Source: Cenococcum geophilum (taxonomy: Eukaryota). Taken from it: a stretch of DNA of 64,000 nt. Position numbers and translations under genes: made by a program. The stretch spans positions 13,578,001-13,642,000 of the forward strand of contig CP158635.1 in NCBI GenBank assembly GCA_050273025.1, in the 5' to 3' direction. The first letter of the stretch is position 1, and each line of letters starts with the position of its first letter. Positions 1 to 13,973 of this stretch are shown piece after piece. Under the pieces are notes generated by a model. It made no database searches, was not told where the DNA came from, and was given only the letters and a program-made list of their open reading frames with translations.

Positions 1-1330
1 CCTATAGTAGGGCATTTTAGCTATATAAAGACCTATAAGATTATATAACGAGTATACTACTAGCCTATAATGCACAACTATGTACGAAAATACGTCTAAG
101 TATACAGAATGTGCGTATATAGGAAGACCTCTTATATAAAGAAGTAAGGAGTACTTTAACCGTTACTAATTCTAATGCAAAAATGGCGAGATATCTTAAT
201 TAACTTTGTAGTTAACCTACCTAACAGTATAGGTTTACGAATGTTATAGTAGTTGTTAACTATCTTACGAAAATGCAACATATAATTTTTATGGACTTAA
301 TTAATATAATATTAGTAGCCGAATGTTTTATTAAGCACGTCTTTAAGCTATATAGACTTCCTAATTTGATAATATCTGACTGCGGAAGCTAGTTTATTTT
401 AAACTTTTAGTAAGCCCTATATAAACGATTAAGTATATAAATATAACTCTTAACTATATTTTATCTAGAGATAGATAGTTAAACCAAAATTATAAACGCG
501 ATTATAGAATAATACCTATAAATATACTACTCCTACCTGCAAGACGACTGGGAGAAATGGCTACTATTAGCTAAGTTTACTGCGAATAATATAAGAAACA
601 AATTAATAGGCGTAACACCGTTCTACGCAACCTACGGACAAGACCCTTAACTTAGATTTAAACTATAACCCGAAATTAATATAATAGGACCTATAATTAA
701 GAGGATTTAACTAATTAACATATATAACTTTGCTAATTAAATAAAGTAGTTAACGGAATTATTATAAAGTAAATTAGCGTACGCTTAAATAGTATAGGAA
801 TAGTATGTAAATAAAGAACGAGCTCCCGCGTGGGACTTTAAGGAAGGTAATATAGTTTACCTAAATTCACGAAACCTAAAGACTTAACGACCTTTAAAGA
901 AACTAGACTAGAAGTTTACGGGTCTATACTAAGTTAAGAAGAAACTAAGCCTATACGCTTATAAACTTAAACTACTAACTAAGATAAAAATATATCTAAC
1001 GTTTTACGTAAACTTGCTGTAACCCTTAAAGGGTAAACCTATAACTTACGAAGTACCACCACTACCTCCTATAGTTATTAATAATGGCAACGGTTCTTAC
1101 TTTATTAACTTAATTAACGATATATAATAGAAGATATAATCTAAATAATTTAAACTTCTCGTTAAATGGGAAGGATATAAAACATAAACTTAAGAAACCT
1201 ATAACTAGATTAAGACCGATGCGCCTTCCCTAGTAAAAGAATTCTATAAGGACCATCCTTTACGGCCTACTCTGGCTAAATGGACACGATATAAAAGCAA
1301 ATAATTGCCACCTAATATAAATACATAAAA
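1..1330 (+). pseudogene. pol: G1 pol C-terminus (integrase + chromodomain), RIP-inactivated
   Basis: Manual translation with TAA/TAG stops; end approximate. Confidence 0.85.
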
Positions 1331-1680
1331 CACGATAGTAAGAAGCTTAAAATTAAAAAAGACTTAAAATATATTACAACGTTTGTAATATAATTACGTA
1401 ACATATAAGATATTAAGGAACTTTAACCGCTGGTTAAAGTTGTCTAATTAGTTAGATCCGCCTTGCCAAGACCTACTATAAAGATATTAGTTCTGCTTAC
1501 CGCCTTAACTAAGCTAATAGCAATTTTCTATCCTAGGGATGGAAAATCCTAATTAGTCCATTTAACAATAGAATTGGTAAAACCCTACACTGCCACCTGA
1601 CGCGAAAATATAACACATGATAAGTTATAAGTCTTAACTAAAATTAAATTATTTAGACCTTTGGCTAAAAGGGGGGGTAC

Positions 1681-1983
1681 TATAACGGGACTAGCCTAGT
1701 TATAGTAGGAATGTCTTAGTAAAATACTTAATAGATAAATTCTAACGCTTTAACCAAAATCTGCCAGATTAATTAAATTACCGAAGTCCGTCGAAGACCG
1801 CGTGCGCACATGCGCACGCATCGACCACTAAGCCCCTAACTATTTAATTATATAATTCTCTTGTTATTCCTTTCTCTTCTTTACGCAACGTCTTGTTCTT
1901 AGCGAGAGCTATATACCCTTAGATTTAGATAGAATTTATATTATTCCTTCAAATCTTCCCCAAAGTCTCTCCGCGCCCTTACA
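1681..1983 (+). repeat. G1 3' LTR (~303 bp)
   Basis: Starts tataacgg (RIP of TGTAACGG) right after the PPT and ends cttaca. Partner LTR is not in the window. Confidence 0.7.
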
Positions 1984-2095
1984 CTTACCTTCCTATTTAC
2001 TAGGTTTACTTTTCTTATCCTTAAGTATTTAGTTAATTTTATATAAGCTAGTTATAAAAGTAATAGTATTAGGCTAGACTAAGTTCTAGTATAAT

Positions 2096-5000
2096 AGGAG
2101 AAAACCCCTATATCGAGATAGGAGAAAAAGGTCCCCTAGTCTCTCTAGAAGATTCCTATAGACCTAGGGATAGAAGCTTAAGTATATTAGTAGATAATCT
2201 AGTAATAGATCTTACTAGAGGTATAAAGCTAGCAGTAGAGAAAGCTATCCCTAGATTTAGAACCTGCGAATTCTCTAAACTATAGTGGAATAAAGAGCTT
2301 CTAAAGAAAAGACAAAAAATGGCAAAACTAGGGAGACTTTAAGAAGAATAACCTACTAGAAGTTCTAGACTAGAAGCCTATAAAGAAGCCAAAAATTAAT
2401 ACTTCTACGCAATAAGAGAAGCTAAGACTAGCTGCTAGAATAGCTTCCTAGAAAAAGCACAAGGAAAGGAAGTTTTTACTACCCTAAAATATATAAAGGA
2501 GAGAACATTGCGAATAATCCCTAGTCTATAGTATAGCAGACGGGACTACTAGACTAGTAGAAAGCTTTAAGGACCAGTATAAAACTTTTATAACTACTCT
2601 ATTCCCTAAACCCCCCCCTTCTACTAGCCCTATAGAGTGGAAGGACTATATAATAGACAATAAATAGGAATAGGCAGAACTAGAGAAAATAGAAGTTAAA
2701 TAAGCAATTTTCTTTAGCTCTAATAAAAAGGCTCTAGGACCAGATAGTATATCTTTTATAATTCTATAAAAGGCCTACCCTACTATAGAAGATCTTCTAT
2801 ATAGAATCTATAGGATTTTGTTTATCCTAGGCTATTAGCTAAAGGTCTAGAGAGAAGCTTAAGGAGTTATTCTCCCTAAAGTAAATAAGGAGGACTATTC
2901 CTTACCAAAGTCCTATAGACCTATCTCCTTACTAAACTGCCTAGAAAAGACTTTAAAAAAGATCTTTACTACTAGATTAGAATATCTAGCTAGTACTACT
3001 AGCTTGCTTCAAGATTCTTAACTAGGAGGAAGAAGACAGCGGTCTATAATAGACGCAGTTTTATTACTTCTAAATAATATCCAATCTAAAAATAGTAGGA
3101 AAAAAGCTAGATAAAGGATAGCCACTACGTTATTTCTAAACGTAAGAGGGGCTTTTAACCATGTCTCTAAAAACCAGCTTTTATCTATCTATAAGGAACT
3201 AGGACTACCTATAGCGTTTATACAATAGGTAGCTACTTTCCTTAGCAATAGAAAGCTATAGCTCTCCTTTAATGGGTAAATATAAGAAAAGGTAGAACTA
3301 GAAATAGGGATACCATAGGGATCGCCTATATCTCCTATTTTATTTCTATTATATATACGCAATATCTACAGCATATAGATAGAAGGAGCCTACTCTCTTA
3401 GCTATATGGACGATTTTATAATTACGGTTACCTTAAATTCAGTCAAGTCTAATTGTAAAAAGCTAGAGAGAATAGCGCTAGAGCTAATGTCTAAAGCTAA
3501 GGAAGCTGCTATTAGTTTTAATATTAGTAAAACAGAGCTTATATACTTCTATAGTAAACGCACTACTATAGAAGAAGGGTTAAAGCTAGGAGACGTAGAA
3601 ATATCTCCTAAACCCCTAGTTAGGTGGTTAGGGATATTTTTAAACTCTAAGCTTACTTTTAAATAATATATAAAAATACAAATCTCTAAAGCAAAAACAG
3701 CCTTCTATTTAATTAGAAGACTAGGTAATATATAAAGAGGTCTATCTCTATAAGCCCTACGACAGCTCTATATAGCTTACGTTACCACTATAGCAGACTA
3801 CGGTGTATAATGCTAGTGGAAAAGCAAATTTAGAGACTACCTACTAAATAGGTACCAATCTCTATAAAATAAGGCCCTAAAACTAGTTCTAGGAGCGTTT
3901 AGAGGATCTCCTAGCCAAGCTATAGAGATCGAAGCCTCTATTCCTCCTCCTAGAATTAGATTTAAAAAGCTTTACAATAACTACGCATTAAGAATCCTAA
4001 AATTTAAGGAAAACTACGTAATTAAGAAGGTCTATATAGAAGAGATTAACAAAGATAGGGACGAATTAGCAGCTAATTCTAGCTCTAGTTCTAGCCCTAA
4101 AAACTCTACTATAAAGTACCTCCTATAGCCAAAGACATAGCTACTATCTTTAGCCTCTAGAGTTTAGCAGCTAATTTAAAACTAGAAAATAGAGAGAATC
4201 TCTCTAGAATAGCAAAAACCGTGGTCTCCTCCTATCTCTACATTCTTTTCTATCTTAAGGGGTAGTAAAGAAGAAGCTGTATAAGAACATCTAAAACTAG
4301 TAGAAAATTTATAAGAATCCCTAGAGTGGAATCTAGTAGATATATACTATATAGATGGCTCTAAAGACAATAAATTAAATATAGCTGCTATATGTAAAAT
4401 AGGGGAGAGAAATAGGATTAAATATGCAACGAATTGGAATCTAGGACCCTATATGGAAATTATAAACGTAGAGCTTTATACAGTCTATAGGGCCCTAGAA
4501 CACCTAAAATAATAAAAACTAGAAGAAAAATAAGTCTATATCTTTATAGATAGCTAAGCGGCTATTAAAAGATTATAGCTTGATTCTTTTATAGGGGGGT
4601 AAGAACTAGTCTTTAAAATTACGCAAAGCTATTCCTATTTAGCTAGTAAGGGGATCTCTATTAACTTCTACTGGGTTCCTAGCCATTTAGAAATCTATAG
4701 GAACGAAATAGTAAATAAGCTAGCAAAAAAGGGCCTTTCTAGAAGAAAACTATAATCTTCTTATACCTCCTTAGCCTATATAGGGAGAGCGGCAAGAGGA
4801 GAGATACTAGAATAGTAGAAAAACAACTAGCAGCAGAATAAGAATAAAGGAAAACACTATACTAGGATCTGTAAAGGAAGCCATTCCTTTTCTCTTAAAG
4901 CCCCTAAGGATAAATATCCTAAAAGGCTATAATCGGCTTTCTACTAGCTAAAGCTAGGAAAAGGCTATTTTAAATCCTTTACTAAAGTAATAGGAGAGGA

Positions 5001-5565
5001 TAAAGAAGGTAGATGCTTTAGGGAATATAGAGTACTATAAACCCCTAGACATTTACTACTAGACTGTAATCTATATAGGGAAGAAAAAAGAGAAATGCGA
5101 AAGAAACTAGGCTCTTCTCTCTCTCTAAAGAAGCTATTTTGTACATAAAAAGGAAAAGAGGCGCTTTTTCTATTTCTAAGTAGAATAGGGATAGCTACTA
5201 AAAAGTGGCTAATAACAGCAGGATCTATAGGAGGTAACTCCTACTAAGCTCCTAGAAAAGAGATATTAGTAAGTAAAAGGATAGAAATAAATTATAAAAG
5301 GATAGGGAAAGGCGTTAGGATTTTTTATTCTTTATAGTTTTCTACCGTTTTCTTATTCCCTAGTAGTTGCTTATAACTTAGTATTTTACTAAGGAACTGT
5401 AAACCCCTAGTTTAGGGGCTTGTAAACTATTAGGACATAGTTACTAGTATATATTAAGCTGCCCTAAGGGATTTATATATATAGGACTATAGCGCCATAG
5501 CCTAGAGGCTGCATACGCAGTATTGTACGTAGTATAATATAATGGATATATATTTAAAAAAAAAT
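2096..5565 (+). mobile_element. 5'-truncated Tad1-like LINE (ORF2: RT, RNase H, CCHC)
   Basis: SYRPISLLNCL (~2911), GSPISPILFLLY (~3320), SYMDD (3400-3414), RNase H motifs YIDGSK and WVPSH, C-terminal Cys/His motif. A-tail at 5556-5564. 13-bp TSD gttctagtataat at 2083-2095 and 5566-5578. Confidence 0.93.
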
Positions 5566-6476
5566 GTTCTAGTATAATTGTTCGGCGCTAATATAGTAAA
5601 TATTAACTAGTAGGAGGTCTGTAGGTTTTCTTATAGCCATTTACTAGACTATACTTTATAGTTTAGAGTTTATAATCTTTTTTAGCTTCTACTTTATCTT
5701 TTATAAGTTATCCCTTTAATTTATTAGTTTAGTATAGCGTCTAATATCCCTTACTATTCTTTATAGCTATATAGGGCCTAAGCTCTCTATAGGGAGCTTA
5801 GCTAGCTTATTACTAACTTCTTTAATTTTTAGTATAGGTAGTATAATATAGGTAGTTTAGAGGCGGTATAGTATATAGATCCGTTACGGGTTAAGCTATA
5901 TATCTTTTTTAAAAGTCTAGTGCCTTTATATAGTATTAGCCTAATAAATTATATTTATTTATGGCTATATAAAGTTCTCTATTATAATACTAATTTCTTT
6001 TATAAAAGAAGGTATTAGGCGTATAGTTTTAGGCCAGATAAGCTATTTATTCTATATATTAAGCTATAAGCCTAAATAGGCTAGCCATTTTCTTTTTAAG
6101 ATTATATTATAATTTTTAAGGTCTATAATAAGAAAGGGGATATTATATTACCTTTATCTATTAACACGGAGGTAAATTCGCAAGATAGTTATAATAGGTA
6201 GCTCTATTTATCTATTATATCCTTAAATAAAAATTGGTTTAGGCAGTTATTTAAAAAGTTAACTAGTTTTATAGCGTACTTTATAGTAATTAAGGTAAAA
6301 GTATTTACCCTTAAGTTAGCTAAAGTAGAGGTTAAAACTTAATATTTATTATAGAATAAAGTATAAGGGATAGTATAGCTTTTTTTATTAATTAGCTGAC
6401 CTAGATTAATATATAATATTTTAATCCCTTTTAACCCTAAAGAGGAGTCTTCCTCTAAGGTTCCTCTTTTTCTAAT

Positions 6477-6703
6477 TATATAATTATAGTATATAGTATA
6501 CTAAACACGTAACTACGCGTTTAGTATACTAACTACTTATTTATAAAGTGCTAACTAATTAGGGGGGAGGCGCGTTAGTATATAGACTATGTAGTCTACC
6601 TTAATAGAATTAACAGTTACTATTATCTAAAAGAGTATACGATACTATATATATTTTATGCCTCTGGATATAACTTACTTATATTATTAAGTTAATATAA
6701 ATA
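6477..6703 (+). repeat. Co1 5' LTR
   Basis: Direct repeat of 12144-12370, differing mainly by transitions. Confidence 0.93.
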
Positions 6704-7079
6704 TTAATTAGTAAGCGCGTATAAATTAGTAATTACTTAATACCTCCCCTAAGCAATATATAATAGTAACTACCCGTTTATATCCTAGTACAACCTATTA
6801 AAAGGTTAGAAGTTAGGGATTACGGACTATTACCAACTCTATATACTTATTTAAGTCTTAGTACGGTTTACTAAAATTTTATAAACGCGAATATAGACCT
6901 TTACGGAACCTTTTACCCTTTTACGAACTATTATAGACCTATTAATTGCCTTTACGGACTATTATAAGACCTCCTCTACCCGCTATATGCTACTACTACC
7001 CATTATAGCTTATATAAATATACTATACTATATAATATAGTATATATAAGTAAGTAAATTAATAAAGGTTAAAAGAAGT

Positions 7080-10000
7080 AGAGTTAGGGAGTTAACCTTA
7101 CGTCTATGAATGGTGTTAATAACTATATTAATTTTAAAATCCTTAAATATGGATACTTTAAGCTTCTATATAACGATCTATAGGAATAATATAAGGAAGA
7201 CTTTGCGGACTTTATGGAAGCTATCTTTAAGGCTTATAACCTTATAGCTACCTATAACCTATAAACCCTCTTATATTACTAAGGTGTATAGGTTAAAAAG
7301 GATAAATAAGTTACTATTGCATAATCTCTATATAATATATTACGTAAGAAGGACTAAACAGAATAGACTAAAGAGTAGATTTTAGATTATATTAAAACCA
7401 GCGGACTCTTTACCTCTTTTAAACTTAATAGGATCTTTAGTTTTATAGACGACCTATTTAACTAAATTTGTTCTATAGACTAAAGAGATCTTAAAATTAA
7501 TCTTATGGGCTAAAGTATACCTAGTACTTAAGTTATAGACTATAATACTCCTATAAACTAAAATATAGACTAAACCTTTTTATTACTTAAGTTATAGATC
7601 TATAAACTACCTAAGTAAAGACCTATAGTAAGGAGCTAGCTAACCTAGCTAAGCTCTATACCAACGAATCTAAGTATAGTAAAAAAAACGATCACTTTAA
7701 CTTTAAACTAACTATTTTTACGGACCTCTGTTAGAAGGCTGATATTCCTAAATAGGAGTTTAGCTAAGCCTACTCTACTATACTGCGCGGCCTAGCCCTT
7801 AACTACTATTATACTAACCTTAAAAGTAACCCCCTTAGTGTTCCCTTTAATAAGCTATATAAAGCTATATATAACTACTTTAAAGGGCTAGAATATAAGC
7901 GTAATATCCTTATATAATAGAATGTAATTAAGTTATAGACTGTAATTAATAAGAATACCAAAAAATCGACTATAGAGTGCCTGTAAATTCTTATTAAAGA
8001 CCTTTGGCACCTATAGCACGGCCTTAATACTAAGCTTTAAATAAATGACTTCCTATATAATAAACTTATTATAGCTTACTAGGAAGTAGAACCCTATAAA
8101 TACGCCTATTATAAGCCTAAAGACACCTTAACTGGCCTTATTAACGATTTACGGTCCTCTATTATAATGTATAAAGTTTTAAACCTACTAGGCAGTACTT
8201 AAGCCTTTATTACGGATCTGTAAAACCTATAAACTAACTTAGATACCTACTTTATAGACCACTACTACTACTAGCAGTATCCGTACTAACTAAGTCCTAC
8301 CTATAACCCCTATAGCAACCCCCGTATAAAAGTATACCCCTATAAACAAACTAGCTAAAAGTGCTTTATATGCGGTAAGGAAAAATATTAGTCTATAAGG
8401 TATACCTAGAAAGAACGTAATAAGTCTAAAAAGAGATTTAATAGTTAAATTAACTAGTTTATCTTAGACTATAAAGAAAAGGAAGTAGAGGAGTCTCTTA
8501 ATAAGTTAATGGAAGCCCTTATAATTAACTTTAACTTAAATATTTAGAAATAGGAGACCTTAGAGACATTTTTAACTACTTTTAGACCTTTTATGGACGG
8601 CTAAGCCTTTAATATTACGACTATATTAGCCGACTGCTCCTTTATATACTTAATTACACCCAAAAACTAACCTATAAGTATATCTATTAAACCTATTACG
8701 GACATTACGGACTATAAACAGAACCTATTTATATATATTATTATAAAACGCTATACCCCTAAAGAATTCTATAGCGTTATAATTAATATAGGTGCCTATA
8801 AGAAGTCTACTATAGGTTATAGATAATATGTTATATATAAGACCACTATAAATAATAATACGGACATTAATACTATATAAACTAAGGCCGTAAACGTCTA
8901 ATTTAGCATTATCTTAACCGCATTAATTAGATTAGTTATAGTTAAGACTTTAATTAGCCTAGTTAACTTCTATATAGTAAAAGCGGATACCCCTTTTCTA
9001 CTTTGCCTCGCGGATATAAATAGGCTATAAGTTTACTATAATAATATTACGGACACCTTAATTGGCCCCGTAACTGCCCTAGGAAGTAAGTATATTACCT
9101 TACCAATTATATAACAATTTAGACACCCATTCCTTATATAGGGAGAGACTTTATAGACCTATATTTAGGAATCTTTTAACTATAACCTATACTACCTTGC
9201 TAGTACAAAAATCTACCGCCTATACTACTGTTTCGGCTACCTGTTAACCGAAAAGCTGTATAGAGTCCTTAAACGCTCTAGATATAACGACGTTAATAGG
9301 AAGGCAATTGACTACCTAATTAAATATTGCTCCTTCTGCTGGAAATACGGACGTTCCCTAGGCTAATTTAAGTTTACTCTTTATAAAGACCTTAATTTTA
9401 ACTACTTAGTGTATATAGATATTATATATTAACGGCAACCTAATATTATATATAATTAATAAGGCAACCTACTATTAAGCTACCTGTTAGTTGCAAAATA
9501 TATCTATATAATATACTTAGGATATTTTACAAACCTACTAGATTAATACATATATTAAACACCCTAAGTATATTACCTACAACGCTAGTAGGAACTTTAT
9601 TAGTAAGGAATTCTAATAGTATGCTATAGCTATAGCTATTTTAACAAAAGCCGTTCTAGTTAAGGTGTACTAGTCTATTAGGCTTATTAAGTGAGCTTAC
9701 CTAGCTCTATAAAGAGCTTACTAGATTATTATAGATAAGTATAAGGATATCTAAAAGGAACTAGCTTTATAGATAGCCGTAAAAGCTATTAATAACACCG
9801 CTAGCCCTAACGGACTAGTACCCACCCTTTTAGTTTATAGATCCTACCTAAGGATAGGTAAACCAGACCCTCCTGCCCCGTCTATTATAGATTAAGTAGC
9901 TATAATACAGAAGGTAATAGTTAAAATAGTTAAGTTACGGGCTAAATAAACTATTAATAGCGCTTTATACTACTGTAACGGACCTAATATAACCTTAATA

Positions 10001-11925
10001 TATAACCTCCCGCTTAATTCTAAAGTCCTTATATAGCGTAAAAGCGGCAATTAGACTAGACCTTATTATTTATTAGCTATAGAAGACGAAACGTACCGCG
10101 TATAACTCCCTAGCGGACTAACTAGCTTTAGAAGCACATCCGTAAAACCCTATTTTCGGTCTAAAAATACCTATAACATTAAACTAGATAAACTAAAAGC
10201 ACCCTTACCTACCCTAAAAGTCCCCTATAAACCTACTAAACCTATTAAACCTGCTATAAAGCGTGGCTAAGGATGCCCTTAAAAGTACCCTATAACTAAG
10301 AACCCTATAACAGAAAATTACTTAACCCCTATAGGCGCATTTATAAGACAACCCCTATCTATAGATATATTAGTTCTAGTATAGGAAACCCCTTTTACGG
10401 ACTTATAACGTAAAGAGATTAACGGACTATTTAAAAAGGGTATCTTTATAGTTATAACAGAGAGAGACATTCCGTAAGGCGTCCGTATATTTAACTTACG
10501 CTTTATTAATAAGATTAAGCACCCTAGTATTAATAAAGCCTTTAAGAAATTAAGGCTTATTATATAAGCTTATAACAACTAGGGAAAAAATTTAATCTTT
10601 ATATAATTGCCTATAATCTAATAAGTTAGTTAATAGATTATACTTATACTTACGCCTAGACTATAGTAAACTAAACCTATAGCCCTTTATTTACGGGATA
10701 TTTTGTAAGCCTATATATTGTCTAATATCTACCTAAGTAAAGACATCTTTATATAACTACCCCTTAAGCTTAATTTATAACTAGGAATAATTTTATAGGT
10801 TATAAAACCCTTTTATAGAGTACTAGAAGCTAAAAACTACTAATTTAAGACGTATTACTAGCCTTACGTCTATAAACTTAAGATAGAGCAGTTAATATAT
10901 AACCCCTGCCTCCTATATACCCTATTAAACGGCCTTAGTATTATTAGACTTTAAATAAATAATACCCTTTTTTTAGTAGACTAGACTTTTGCGGATACTA
11001 AAGAGACTAAACTATAAGAAGCTAAGTTCCTAGTAAAGCTATAAAAGTAATTAACTAAGTAGACTCTAATTAAGTTTAATAAAGGTTTAATTATATAAAA
11101 GGGTAACCTAATCTAGCTAACTTAGGAACGCTAAGCTTAAAACCTAAAGCTTATTATAGTAAAGCCTATAGACCTTACTAGCTCCTATAAAGAGACCTAT
11201 AAAACTGTAATTATAAAGGACTAATATATTATATAGTTTATAAGGGGAGCCTATATTACTATAGTCTGTTAACCTAAATCTACTTATAATTTATCCTTTG
11301 TGGCCTAGGTAATAGATTTATAAAAGGAAAATATTAAGTAGCTTAATAAATATATTTAGTAGTAAATTAATAATGCAATAAAAGGACTTACTTTTGTGCC
11401 ATTAGACCTAAATTCCCTTAGCTTACTAGTATTTATAAACGCCTCCTTTGCTAATAATAGGGACCTATTATTATAAATCGGCTTTATAATTGTACTTACG
11501 GACCATAATTAGGATATAAATATACTCTATTAGTCTTTAATTAAATATAAATAAGTAACCCGCAGTATACTAGCTTCTAAACTATATATACTAGCTTATA
11601 GCTCTAATATAGCAGCCGCAATTAAATTAATAATCTAGAAGATTCTATAATTAGAGCAGTTACCCCTAGTCTTATATATTAATTTAAAGTCCCTCTATAA
11701 CTGCCTAGTCAAATTAGGTATAATATAAGAGAAGAGGCTTATAGTTAACCTAATATGCTTATATTAGGCCTATAAACAACGTAAAATTATAGAGGTTAAA
11801 TAGACTAGCAGTAAAGATAACTTAGTAGATACTATAACTAAGGCAAAACTATGTTAAGCTTTAAAGACCCTAATTAATATAAATAAGCTTAATCTAAAGG
11901 TTATAAAATAGGTAGAACGAGACTA
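7080..11925 (+). pseudogene. Co1 gag-pol polyprotein, RIP-inactivated
   Basis: Motifs as listed for Co1; limits approximate. Confidence 0.85.
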
Positions 11926-12143
11926 ATGGAGCACTTATAGTTTATTTACGGCCTATTAAAAGGCCGTATGGTTTATTTTGCGGACCGTAAATAGGGCTTA
12001 TAGCTAGCTTAAAGTACCGCTTAGAAGGCAGCCCAGAAGGCACCTTAGGAGGGATTTCCTATATATTTCTTTTATATTCTATAGTTCTATTTAAGCAATT
12101 ACGGGGGCTATATATAAGTGGGTCTATTTTTAAGTGCCGCTAG

Positions 12144-12370
12144 TATATAATTATAGCACGTAGTATACTAAACGCGTAACTACGCGTTTAGTACACTAAC
12201 TACTTATTTATAAAGTACTAACTAATTAGGGGGGAGGCGCGTTAGTATATAGACTACGTAGTCTACCTTTATAGAATTAATAGTTACCACTATCTAAAAG
12301 AGCATATAATACTATACGTATTTCGTGCCCCTAGATATAACTTACTTATATTATTAAGTTAATATAAACA
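12144..12370 (+). repeat. Co1 3' LTR
   Basis: Ends aaaca, followed by TSD ctaat. Confidence 0.93.
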
Positions 12371-13058
12371 CTAATTTTATACTATTCTTCTAAATTAATA
12401 AAACCTTATTTATCTTTACTGCTATTAAGTAGTCCTTTATAGAGTAGTCTTCCTAGCTATATAAAAAGTAAGCTTTTTAATTACTAAGGGCTTATTTATA
12501 GGGGCTGCTATATATAGGCTAAGTATATACTAGACCTGTAGTAGGACTAGCTATATAACTAGTTACGAGATTAACGGTAGGCTATATAGTAGGAGATATA
12601 GGAGTTATAGATTATACTAGGGTACTATAAGCCGTTTTTATAGAGCTTATAGTTTAGTTTAAAGAGCTTCTAGCTTTATACTACTTAGCTTATACCTTAA
12701 TTTAATAAAAGCCTTAGTTAATAGCTAAGTAGTAGTCTATAAGTACCTTTAACGTCTATATAATAGTAAAAACTAGTAGTATAACGCGCTATAGGTCTAA
12801 AGTAAGCTTATTAAAGAGGTCTAGTATTAAGTCTTTATAGGAAATTTAGGCTTAGCTAGCTAGGTCTAAAAAGTAGGTCTAAAAAGCTAAAAAGGTCTCT
12901 ATTGTTTTTATATTTAGACTTTTATAATTAAGGCAGGTATTTTATATCTTAAAGAGGTCCTTATAAATAAAGGTAATTTCTAGTAGTTTCTATTAAGGTT
13001 CTATTCTTATAGTCCTATAAATAGTATTTTAGTCTAATTTTATATTCCTATTCTATTT

Positions 13059-13436
13059 TGTAAGAGGCCAGCCTAACCAGAACGTATAATTATCTAATCG
13101 ACAGTGTCACCAGTAAGTAAAAGGTAAGTCAAAGGTAAATAGAAGGTAAGTTAAAGGTAGAATGAGTTTCACGTATTGAAGAACAAATGCTTCTGACCAC
13201 TTCTATTTAGAGACTAATCGCTGGTTCTTCTCTAGAGGAGAACCAGCTCCCTATATGATCTTTCTAAGACGCCAGCAAAACCCTTTGCCCCTTATCTGTC
13301 TGACCGTGTCTTTTGGGACGTAGATAGAATATAGGTGAGACCTCCTTCTGGAATATAGATGAGACCTCCTTCTAAAACATAGATGAGACCTCCTTCTATC
13401 TCATCTAATATGTACCTTCTAGGGAATTCCGTTATA
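13059..13436 (-). repeat. G2 3' LTR (contains three ~23-bp tandem atagatgagacctccttct units)
   Basis: Direct repeat of 20413-20790; termini tgtaag...gttata. Confidence 0.95.
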
Positions 13437-13973
13437 ATTGCCTCCCCTTTAAGGGTCTTAGTCCTCTAAGACTTTGCCTCTACTAAGCTTTTATAGAGTT
13501 CCGGCTAAAACCACTGGGGAAATTCTTAGTGGAAAGGTACTCTATAATGCGGCTTATAGCTAGTTCTTCACTAGCGTAGAACTTTACTTTGTCCTTAATT
13601 CCTCTACTCTTTTCCCACCATAGTTCCCTTTCTTATTATAAGAGTTTGTTATGAGTTAATCTAGAGGTTGTCCTATACAACGCGTCTACGAGCCACCATC
13701 CCCATTCACCTAAAATGGATTCTAATAATAACGTCTTTATTTTAATTTTCTTCTAGTTTATAAGCTATCGCCTCTTACGCGTCTTTTTATCAACAACACC
13801 ATTTGTCTCATCTTTTAGCAGACTGTTTCCTCTATATCTCTGCTTTCAGCTTCTATGTCTCCAGCTGTTCTTTTACAGCTGCTTTATTCTCTTCTCGTAA
13901 CACGTCTATAAGCAACAGGATCCCTACCTCATCTTCTTGTAACAATGCTAACTTCTCAAAGTATTCTCTTATA

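Larger units (their letters stand above)
1..1983 (+). mobile_element. Gypsy chromovirus G1, 3' part (integrase, chromodomain, 3' UTR, PPT, 3' LTR); runs off the left edge
   Basis: RIP-degraded integrase motifs (IISDCGS.F; YLQDDWEKWLLLAKF) and a chromodomain-like stretch (LLVKWEGY) near 1155. Purine tract aaaaggggggg just before 1681. Confidence 0.9.
6477..12370 (+). mobile_element. Full-length Copia-like LTR retrotransposon Co1
   Basis: 227-bp LTRs at 6477-6703 and 12144-12370; TSD ctaat at 6472-6476 and 12371-12375. Domain order gag-CCHC (CFICGKE, ~8362), IN, RT (RIFNLRFINKIK), RH (NASFANNRDL). Confidence 0.93.

Noticed and set aside
1510..1560. Hammerhead ribozyme in the 3'-UTR cassette
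   Set aside because: Even after reversing RIP changes I cannot place a full CTGANGA/GAAA core with three stems.
1984..1988. cttac after the G1 LTR and cttat after the B LTR (60467) as one TSD pair
   Set aside because: Both follow 3' LTRs of unrelated sequence, so they cannot flank one element.
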